DNA of 20,000 nucleotides from Perkinsus olseni (Eukaryota): NCBI GenBank assembly GCA_013115125.1, contig JABANN010000098.1, positions 54,729 to 74,728 of the forward strand, read 5' to 3'. Shown piece by piece: positions 10,865 to 20,000 of this stretch (position 1 is its first letter; each line of letters starts with the position of its first letter). The notes under the pieces were generated by a model. It saw only the letters and a program-made list of their open reading frames with translations, ran no database searches and was not told where the DNA came from. The position numbers and the translations under genes were made by a program.

Positions 10865-13800
10865 TCACAACTCGAAGGCTTCTCGATCATCCTCGTAGGC
10901 TCGTGTCATCTCCTCGCTCCGTTTTCGCATGAGGCGGCGGTTCTCGTTCTCCTCGCTGCATTGGCCGTGGGCGAACCGCTGACGGTGACACGAGTAGCGG
11001 AAGAGATGGTATGACTTCGTCCATCCACTTACCTCGAATATTCTGCCCTTTCGATAATCGCCTGTGAGTATCACCTTCAGCATGTCACGACGGCCCCCAG
11101 CGGTCGGCGTCACGCAATGGACGGCGGACTTGGGTCGGACCAGCGTTACTAAGGCATGATACACCAAAATAGGCGGAGCGAAGCCTGTGCATGCGTGCAC
11201 GCCATTCCACCACCGCGAAAAAGAAGGAAACCTCACCTGAGTTGGCAGCAGGCCAGATGGAGTGTTCTGTCTCGTTCTCGTCTAGCCGAATGAATCGACA
11301 CTTCGACTCCGGTGAGTGCGATAACGTAACAACCACTTCCCAATTTAATAGCAACTTCCTGTACATCTGCCGATCATAGTGGCAAGGCATTCCTGAACCA
11401 GCACGCATGCACAAACCTATGCGTAAGTAATTTTGAAACAGTGCTGCGTGTGCAAGATCAAACACTGAATTCCTGGACATGGACGAGAGAGGACGAGCCA
11501 GCCAGTGATCAGTGAACTATCAAGGCCCTTGATTCGAGGGGGGGGGCAATTCCCAAACTCCCAGTAGGTCCTCATCAATATACGAGCAAACTCCTCGCCA
11601 CGCTTTCCTGCTCGGGTGAGCCACGGCAGATCACGAGGCGGATACCATCGGCGTAAGAGAGATTCCGTCCATAGGTTGGAGACGAGGTACATACCAGCCT
11701 GAGCCTCGTCAAAGATTTCACACTGTTGTTTCTCCGTCACTGCTCATAACCAACGCAAGTAGAAAGAGAGGTGAAGCTCTACAGTAGAGCCTCTATTTCC
11801 TAGTTCTACATAGTCGTGAGTTCCGAGCATTAGCTGAGCACGCATGCACAAGACAACAGTAGCACCCTCATCTTAAAAAATGATGCGACCATTTGCCGTT
11901 GGTGCAGTCATATTTTTCATAGCGACCCCATCCCCCAATGGGGGATGGGGTCATGTCCGCAAGGAATGGGGGACCCCCATTCCTTGCGGACACAGACACT
12001 TCAACGCTAATAATTTCGTGGCGCGCGAAAATCCACTGCAAGTACCACAGCACGATACAAACCATATTCACCTTCGCTCTTCCTTCCATATTCCCGCAGC
12101 TCTATAGGGAAATCAGCTCCCCATAGCGGACCCGTCTTGGTCACCTAACAGAGATTCCTGAGCTCGCGAATTTCCCACGCGCGTTAGTATTCCCAGTCAA
12201 TTGTCATCAACCGTCTCCATGCGACAAGCATCGATAATTCTGACGATGATTCGCCCAAGGACGCGGGAGAGCGTATGCAGGTCCGCTTCCTATGGTCAAG
12301 GACAAACCGCCAGTCATAGTTTGGTCCCAATTGAAAGCCTGTTGCGAACTGCTCAAAAAGCAATCGTCCAAGACAGCAGCAGCAATCACCTCGCGCGCGT
12401 ATCGCGTGAGACGGGTATGCAACACGTAACGGCTTGCTCTCCCTTACCAAACTCGTCCACAGTCGGAAATTGCTCCCGAATATCAAACTGTACAGGGAGG
12501 ACTCGTAACCGACAAACCTGGCAGAGCGACTGCAGCAAACTGTGTCGACACAACAGCACCAGCACTGTCTACAAACCACAATCGAGCTGTGCTGCTCATA
12601 CTAGCTTCATCATCAACCCATTCCTCCAACTACTCGACTTTCTATCTGCCCTATCTCGTTCACTATGAGCCCAATCTACTTATGTTGTGCTCTACAACTA
12701 CACCTACTGCAGCCCGAGTGTGCACACTTTCTCGAAAGCACGGGATCCGCCACTGAGAAAGTAGTATAATTTTCCCACGTCCTACTCACTGGAAGATAAA
12801 CCGGCGCGCTTTTCTCTCAGTACTTTTCGTACTTGTAAACGACGACTGAATCATCACCTATGCCGGATACAGTGTATCCGGTGTATCCGATACACCTTCC
12901 TCCTCATTAAGCCGCGATGCGACGACGTCCATCGCGCACTGCGAAAATATCAAACGAGGCTTGGAGTGTTCAACACCCCCGGGCTGCATCAAGGTCCATC
13001 CACGCTGATATGCGGCAGCCACGCCGTCGAGACACGCGTTCATTGTGATGGATCTATTCGTAGTTGATAAGCCAAAAATTGCGATATTATCAGTAAACAT
13101 GAATATAGTTATAAGAAAAAATTATCATACGATGATAAAAATCATAGCTAGGCGAGGCTACTCAACGACTCACCGTGGCCCGACTCTAGCGAGCGCGTAG
13201 ACCTACCAAGCCTCACGACCCTCCTCACCCGCCCATCCTGTCGGTGCCGTCCAAGTCACAGTTAACCTCCATACCAGACGTCTGGTTATTCTCACCAACC
13301 CTCCACAATCGCTCCGCCTCCGACAGAATCTGCTATCAATCGTGAAACCACGATACCAGCATGTCATCAAGCGAATGACAGAGTACTCCCGGTGTTCAAC
13401 AGCGCTCCCAAGACCGTCTTTCATACGTTTACGATTCAATCCTAGACGCGCTCCCGAAATTGAGGACATCCCCAGTGCTTCGAGAGGCCGACGACGACGA
13501 CGACGACGACGACGACCGGAGCGTCGTCAGACCCTATGGACTGCTGCGAACGAGTAGGGCAAGACCCAATCACAAATTACTTCGTTCCCGAGCTTCCCGC
13601 TAGAAGATACCAATCATAACCACAGAACGCATCGCCAAGAATTTCAATTTCAAGCAACCTGGCTGCCCTTCTCCACAGAAATACCATTGTGCGTCTGTCC
13701 ACCTCGCAAGAAACAAGATTCTAGCTCGATCTTGTAATCGCAAATTTGCACCCTCCTACTCCGAAAAGCGAGAGCTCATGCCCAACGACCCGACAGCGGG

Positions 13801-16029
13801 CGTACCTCATGAAAGGTCTCTGCCGTGTAAGCATCCGGGGTATAAACTGCGTAGTCGTTCTTTAGAAGATCCAAATGCAGCCTCTCCAAGGCCTCAGGAG
13901 ATGTATGCTCGGGGGCGATACCGGACAGCCGTCCCGAGGCTAGTTTAAGTTGTGCACGGGTGTAGTAGTCGGGGTAAATATCGGGCGGTCTGATGACAAG
14001 AACGACCGCGTCATTGCGCCACGAAATTCAGTCACCCACCCCTTCACCGCTTCGGGGTCCACCGTCGGGATATCGCAGTTGACTGAGTTGAGCTTCGCTG
14101 CTGTGAGGGGTTTATTCCGGGGATCGCGGAGTATCGTGTACCTACAGATTGGGTCTTGGAGCTCCTGTGAAGAATTCACTTGAGCACAATAAAATTTCCA
14201 CGTTGATCCGTGACCGTTTTTCCCGCGCTAAAACTTCCGCCTAGTACCTACCCCTTCTCCTGTGCACACTCTTCAAGTCTTCTATATCCATACAATCTGA
14301 CATCTACCTCGCTGGCGACGACGAAGCCCGACGCTTCAGGATTCGCTGCGACGCCCATTGCCACCTGCCAACGTAAAATTTTGCTTCGCTCCGCTAAGCT
14401 TTTCGGAATAAATAACCCACTTTGCCTTGGGAAACCAGAGCTCCCTTGAAGGCGTTTTCCGCATCTTCCACGAGCCACTTCGAAGGGGCCAAAACCCACT
14501 TGGGAGACACGCCGCTTGACTGGGCCTGTGCCGAAAATGCCCTCACCCGGGTTTGAACCCGCGACCTACTGCATGGATGTCTTCCTCGCCCTCCACAACT
14601 ATTCCAACACCGTAATCGCTCTCCACTCGATCGTGCATAGCAACAGCATCTTCTACTCGGCCAAAAACAACTCCAGCCGGGCAGTCGGAGATGTCCACCC
14701 CAGAAGCATCCATGTAACACGGGAGCACGTGCCTGATGAAGCAGACAGAGTAATTCTGCCACGGTCAAGACATGCGTCCATTTTCAATATACTGTGAGCG
14801 ATCTACCAGCGGTAGATCGACGTTAGCGAAGTCGCACTTGAAAACTGAGTTGGAGGTCGGAAAGTTCCTGACCTCTTTCAATTGAGCTAAGGAAACCCCG
14901 GTGGCTCCACGAGTAAAATGTGATTACAAAATAAAACATTTTGCCTCAATGACAGACGAACCAACTGAGATCTCTCCGCAAGAAAATTTTGACGAAAATT
15001 CGCCACTACTAAAATTCCGGATCCGCAATGTCGCGTCTAATGGAGACTCACTAGGTAAAAAAGGTACGCAGTTCGCGAACCTAATTTTCTGACAACGAGC
15101 TCGTCTAAGATAACCCCCTCCCCCGCCTACTTCGCATCGTCTGCGTCACCTCTATCACCTTCGGCAAGCGAAAAAGAACCGAGAAAAGTCTCCCCAAAAT
15201 CTTCGACGAAGATCTTGATATCATCCCGAAATTGGCGAGTCAGAACATTCAACGTGAACCTGAAAAAGGAGATACATCAAATACTGAGCCACCTTGCCCG
15301 TTCTTGCATTTCCTCAACGCATTTCTTTGACGGAAACCTTATTCGTTCCCAGACGAACTTCGACGGAGGGGTTCGCACAAGTACGTCAGTGGCTGCCTCA
15401 TTTTTGAATTTAGCATAGTGGCTGCCTCAATCCTGCGTGTGGCATCTCTTCCATCACAGACTGCACGGTAAGATTTTGGATTCGCCCCTCTCCAGCTTAC
15501 AACTCATCCTTAGCGTTGATGATAGACTCCGCTTGATCTTCGAAATCTCTCAGCCATGCCCAGAACAACGGGGGGGCTTCCTCCCCCTTAGACAGGAGGC
15601 AGCGAGAGATGTGACGCATCGTGTACCTACGCCACGATCAAACTCGTAATCCCTGAGCTTCGTCCGAAGGCGTGCAATTGCACCGGAAAATTATAATAAA
15701 ATCACCCAAATTTTTTTCCAAAATCTCGAAAAATCCCCTCACCCGAATTTTGCATCGAGTTGTTCTGTCCCCGATAATTTCGATGCCCCCACAACCGTGT
15801 TAGATCACACTCTCAGCCACCCTCTACGACTCAGGCTGTGACACAATCTGCAACTATTTCAAAAGCCCGCCACTACGTACAAAGTGATAGCAACTTCGTC
15901 AAGTGTGAGGACTCTGTCGCTGTTGGCCCAGTCAGTGATGACTCTCAAGCCAGCAGACGCTGAGGAGAGGTCGGAGCCCTGAGCTGATCCGCACCGATGG
16001 ACCAGCAGCTGCAGTATGAGTAATAGCAT
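10865..16029 (-). CDS. Paralog B: secretory-pathway 2OG-Fe(II) dioxygenase-domain protein, 14 exons, about 566 aa
   Basis: Exons 16029-15881, 15626-15501, 15259-15131, 14732-14570, 14525-14421, 14364-14252, 14141-14040, 13989-13806, 13329-13229, 12517-12448, 12144-12072, 11392-11237, 11148-11033, 10978-10865, total 1701 nt. Intron positions and phases match paralog A. MLLLILQLLVHRCGS...FPIELREYGRKSEGMPCHYD...SAVHCVTPTAGGRRDMLK...REAFEL*. Confidence 0.85.
11776..11797. repeat. Compact inverted triplication of GCTCTACT with one mismatch (putative footprint)
   Basis: GCTCTAC + AGTAGAGC + CTCTATT (CTCTACT expected). Confidence 0.5.
11924..11992. repeat. Two adjacent perfect palindromes (14+1+14 and 19+1+19 bp); putative hAT excision footprint, inferred TSD TCCCCCAT
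   Basis: GACCCCATCCCCCA-A-TGGGGGATGGGGTC, one A, then TGTCCGCAAGGAATGGGGG-A-CCCCCATTCCTTGCGGACA; in intron 11 of B. Confidence 0.85.
12863..12896. repeat. Double palindrome; putative excision footprint, inferred TSD GGATACAC
   Basis: CCGGATACA-G-TGTATCCGG overlaps GGTGTATC-C-GATACACC by 2 bp; in intron 9 of B. Confidence 0.78.
13489..13515. repeat. (CGA)9 microsatellite in intron 8 of paralog B
   Basis: Nine perfect CGA units read directly. Confidence 0.95.
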
Positions 16030-16240
16030 ATTCAACAACTAGGGCACCACCGAGTTGTGTCTAACCCTCCCGTCTGCGAGGGTATCGCGGACTTACGATG
16101 AACGGGATTTACGGTACCAATGCTAATTAGAACACAAAACTAGTGATAGTAAATCACGAGAAAAACATGAGTACGGCTCAAGGCTGCACCGCGAAAATTT
16201 CAAACACTCAACGTTGAATCGTGTCGAAAATGCATAAACT

Positions 16241-16272
16241 TCGGGAATTGAACCCGGGCCGTTATGAAAGCC
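16241..16272 (-). pseudogene. tRNA-Glu-like 3' fragment (anticodon loop and T-arm/B-box), not a full tRNA
   Basis: Minus strand GGCTTTCATAACGGCCCGGGTTCAATTCCCG resembles tRNA-Glu CTTTCAC...GGCCCGGGTTCGATTCCCG. No D-arm, A-box or acceptor stem. Confidence 0.35.
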
Positions 16273-17515
16273 AAAGCAGAGAGGAAAAACTTGGGAGGGG
16301 AGAAAGCGGTGAAGCCTTTCGGGCAAATGTTCGCAGCTTCTGAACGTGTGGTGCTTCTCTGGTTCTCTCACGGTTTCTCTGCATCAAAATGGTCCATTCT
16401 CTAACGGAAAACAGGTGGTTTTCTTTCGCGAGAGAGTTTCTCCGCATCACCATCGACAATCCAGCATGCGGAACCGTCCCCAGTCACATGTTTTTACCTT
16501 CCGGAGAACGAGATCACCAAAACGCAGGGTTCCTCTGCGGCAGAAAAATCGTTAAGAGTTTCACCCAAAGAACTTCCTACCAGGCACGTAAGCAAACGGA
16601 TGAAAAAAATAAAATTGGCGGAGTAAAATAAGCCTGAATAAAAACTATGATTCGTTCACTATGAGGAATGCTCATTCGTAGTAAAGACAAAAACTTAACT
16701 TTCAGTGTATTAAAATTTTTCGGTTATAAGCTGCGATAAAATAAAAAAATTTTTGCGGAATAAAATTTTTCGACGTTCGAGTCACGTCAAAAGCGCTCGG
16801 AGTACTGCTGCTCTCCTACAAGCCCGGATTGGCAGATCCGACAATAACAAAACTTGAGTCAAATTTTTCGCGGAATTTACATAACCCAAAGAGAGATAAC
16901 CCGGAACTGCGAGTGAGACCCATAACCCAGAGAGATCGAGCTCCCGTGGTATCACTGCCGAACGGAGCCAATATACAGTCCGAGATAACCAGGCACGCAG
17001 CAGAGGCCAAAACCTGTGTGCGTCTCCTGTGCAAAATAAGCGGTAAAATCAGTACCGTATGTGTAGATCTCAAGCGAAGCATAAGCTCGCAGAACACGTC
17101 ACACCGGTGGTTCGACCGAGAATCATATTATCGAGAGATGAGTAATAACGCCCCCAAGATTTTTCTATTGTATGCGCTCTGTTTCACGAGTACGTTTTTA
17201 ATACACCAACGAACGCGCCACCATCCCATGGCTACTACCGCCTATCAATCTCCAACTAACTCCGCTGTAAATGCCTTCTCCTCCTCAGAAGTTGGCCGGC
17301 ATTTTTGATGGACGCATGAGAACGAGCTCAACTTGACAGGAAGTGACTACGACTTCCATGGAAGACAGCGGCAGTGGGTTCGAGGTTGATGCAATACAGT
17401 CTTCGGCGAGATTCCCTCGGTCGTAGTAGGAAAGCTTCTGACGACCAACTGTATCGCGATTTAACACAATAAACACTCGGGTGGAGAGTCTCGATCAATT
17501 CTGAGCATCCTGAAA

Positions 17516-17610
17516 GAAGGGAAAATACCAAAATACCGAAGTTTTGTTGAGAGGAAAATACTAAAATATTGATGAGTATCTTGGGAAGAGGAAAAACTAA
17601 ATATCAAATA
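17516..17610. repeat. Degenerate AT-rich minisatellite, about 35-bp unit, about 3 copies
   Basis: GGAAAATACCAAAATA, GGAAAATACTAAAATA and GGAAAA-ACTAAATA recur at about 33-37 bp spacing. Confidence 0.5.
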
Positions 17611-18865
17611 TTTCGTTAGCTTCTACCGGCTGTATTCATGTCCCGATTGAAGTTCCTCCTCAGCAAAGATTAATTTATCGCTGAGGAACCCTGTAAGACA
17701 CTCAAATGAGGAAGAAGTCTGTCGGTGGATTCGCCGTGATCAGCAGGGCTCACCAGCGGTTATGGTGAACTGAATTCGCTCGGCCGGTTCAGACACCACA
17801 AGCGGGAGCCCGGGGGAAGAAAAAGTCGATCACCAATACGGTCCGGGTTGAACGTGGATGATACTTACAGATTTCAAGTTGAAAATTGCAGAGGTCTCAC
17901 CATGATTCCCCGTTCGCGGGCCGACTAGCGCTCGCCCATTATTTGACGCAGAAAACGGTTCAACCGCGTGCTTTCGAATGGTATGTGTCTCGCGAGTTGA
18001 ATCGACATAGTCGTAGAGAAATAACGAACGAACGAACGCACAAAAAAGCGCAGAAGTGACAGTATATGCTCCGCTCGCTTCGTAATTGTACAGCTCGTGC
18101 GTAACCACCAGTCAACCTCGCGTTCCGAGGTGCCGTGTGTCTGCGTGCAGAACTGCACGCCGACAGAAGCGAACCGTTCAACCAGGACGAATTAGAATTC
18201 GTGTCAGTGAATAGAGTATCATTGTTAGTGCATGATTCCTATCGCTTTCCGTTCTTCTCGGCGTGGCTGGCAGGCACCGTCTATCGTGTATTCTATCTGT
18301 ATATTGTACGTACGCTTCGACATTTCTTTCGAGTTTGGTTCGGTGAAGGCAGAGGCCATCGCTGCGGAACATACATGAACTATCTTGACGCTCGCTTATG
18401 ACTACGCCTTTTATGGTAGGAATTAAGAGATGGTGGAAAGCGATTTTTCGCATCCGTCCCCAGCTCTGTAGTCTCCTTGTACTCCCCCGTGAATCGCAGT
18501 TTCGTAAATCTTGTTTATTACTCTATTTCTGAACAGGCGTGTAAAGGAGTATTAATAAACTTCACAGAGTTTGAGGTTCGAATCTACCTATTGTGTATGA
18601 GCCGTGAGGACCAAACGCCCGAGAACCAGTTACACCAAGACAGCCCTCAGTAGCGTTAGTGGTAGCACTGTCACCCTAGCACTTAAACTCAAACAGTTAA
18701 TGCAATCGTAACGGACGATGTCTTGGAAAGACACAAAAGTCGAGAGAATCCGGGAAAGGGAGCCCTCTCAGAGAGCGAACCATGCAACAACGTACGTAGA
18801 AGTTGTTGATGACTTCGGAAAAGGGGTAGTGCACGACTAAGACATTTCAAATTTCACATTTGCAA

Positions 18866-18887
18866 GGCTATCGAATAGCCGCTATTC
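18866..18887. repeat. Compact inverted triplication of GGCTATTC with one mismatch (putative footprint)
   Basis: GGCTATC (GGCTATT expected) + GAATAGCC + GCTATTC. Confidence 0.5.
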
Positions 18888-19015
18888 TACGATGCCTTAA
18901 AGCCTGGACCTGCAGTCAGGCCATACTCAGGCAGGCGCCGTGGATACAGTACTCAATAACACTGGGCTGCCTCTCCTCGCTTCACCTCGGGCATTCAATG
19001 CTGAACGTCAGATAC

Positions 19016-19612
19016 CTCCACGCCACGGAGGAATACTCGCTTGTCATCGACATGAGCCGGAGGACTCATTGGTTCATCACCAGGGCTCGAGTGCGGATCA
19101 TGCTCAGGTGGTCGAGCAGAGTCGGCCGGTAGACCAGCGTCAGATGACAACTCAGAGTCGGGTGGCGGTGGTGGAAGCCAGTCAGGCAGCAAACCAGCGT
19201 CTGATGACAACTCAGAGTCGGGTGGTGGTGGAAGCCAGTCAGGCAGCAGACCAGCGTCGGATGACAACTCAGAGTCGGGTGGTGGTGGTGGTGGTGGAAG
19301 CCAGTCAGGCAGCAGACCAGCGTCAGATGACAACTCAGAGTCGGGTGGCGGTGGTGGAAGCCAGTCAGGCAGCAGACCAGCGTCTGAATCAGATGACGGA
19401 TCAAAGTCGGGTGGCGGCGGTAGTGGGAGATCGTCAGACGGCAGACCAGCGTCTGATGACAACTCTGAGTCGGGCGGTGGTGGAAGATAGTTAGACGGCG
19501 GATCTAAGTCCGTTGGCGGAGCATGGTCAGACGGTGAGCCAGCAAGCTCGCCAACCGCGTCAGAATACTCAATAGCCGCCAGCAAGCACAGCAAGTGCAG
19601 CAGAAGGTTCAT
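19016..19612 (-). CDS. First exon of a predicted secreted Pro/Asp/Ser-rich tandem-repeat protein; 3' exon(s) uncertain
   Basis: ATG at 19612, signal-like MNLLLHLLCLLAA, about 6 repeats of LP(n)DSELSSDAGLLPDW. Repeat length changes are all multiples of 3. Likely donor GAG|gtatct after 19016; a possible next exon starts near 18909 (VQALRHRR...). Confidence 0.62.
19131..19490. repeat. Coding minisatellite, about 60-bp unit, about 6 copies
   Basis: Unit AGACCAGCGTCAGATGACAACTCAGAGTCGGGTGG(C/T)GGTGGTGGAAGCCAGTCAGGCAGC. The first units are 60, 57, 66 and 60 bp, varying by GGT triplets; the last two are more diverged. Confidence 0.95.
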
Positions 19613-19780
19613 GACGCGAGCTACTAAGGAAAAACGGATGAACAGTGAGCGGGTGGTTGGCGAGCGCTCCGTTCTGCCTATTCGTACTTGACGTAGCTGG
19701 GTGATTGGTTGACGTAGCTCACGTCACTCCCCGGGGCTAGCCCAACAGTCTTGTTCATCGCTTCTGGCATCAATCTTTCC

Positions 19781-19802
19781 CATGTCAGTGACATGATGTC
19801 AC
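19781..19802. repeat. Compact inverted triplication of the 8-mer CATGTCAC (putative footprint)
   Basis: CATGTCA + GTGACATG + ATGTCAC. Confidence 0.6.
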
Positions 19803-20000
19803 GTCCGTCAATTGGGGATCTCGGGAACGTCGGAGATGCCGACCACACTCCTGGAGCCCGTTCAAGTGCAAAACACTTCTGAGTTCCGAGTCTGAGTACT
19901 TCCTTCCGAATTAGTACTTAGTACTCCTAGTGAACATGTTCCGAGTAATCGTCTGTTCGAGTACGACCACTCGGATTGGTCGCATTTCCGAGCTGTTTTG

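Noticed and set aside
14141-14170. Apparent 4-nt frameshift in B relative to A upstream of exon 7
   Set aside because: Both genes share the acceptor aatctgtag|G TAC, which puts the indel in the intron.
15388-15429. 13-bp direct repeat AGTGGCTGCCTCA in intron 2 of B as the empty site of A's hAT insertion
   Set aside because: Wrong length for a hAT TSD, no palindrome, and not found at the borders of A's insertion; probably a small local duplication.
5470-18009. Peptide VDSTRET shared by ORFs 5197-5493 and 17830-18108
   Set aside because: One 7-aa match among six-frame translations of 20 kb is plausible by chance, and the flanks do not align convincingly.
19131-19490. CRISPR-like array, or the 184-aa plus-strand ORF 18940-19494
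   Set aside because: There are no unique spacers; it is a contiguous in-frame repeat. The plus-strand ORF is the antisense shadow of the signal-peptide ORF.

Overview
Eukaryotic, intron-rich DNA (about 50% GC, many short GT-AG introns; an algal or protist source is an inference). Manual splicing on the minus strand gives four genes. (1) A WD40 gene resembling TAF5, running off the left edge (<168-3541). (2,3) Two tandem, apparently intact 14-exon paralogs (A 3845-10716, about 565 aa; B 10865-16029, about 566 aa) encoding signal-peptide-bearing proteins with a C-terminal 2OG-Fe(II) dioxygenase domain (HxD...H...R) and EEL/FEL C-termini. Identity between them is patchy, suggesting gene conversion. 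(4) A secreted Pro/Asp-rich repeat protein starting at 19612. Intron 2 of paralog A holds a decayed hAT-type transposase fragment. The most unusual signal is at least 8 paired palindromes, each centred on a single base. In each pair, the flank plus the complement of the centre base rebuilds the same 8-mer on both sides. That geometry is expected for hAT excision footprints (8-bp target duplication plus hairpin opening), here with long palindromic arms and at high density. Several short dispersed non-coding motifs also recur.
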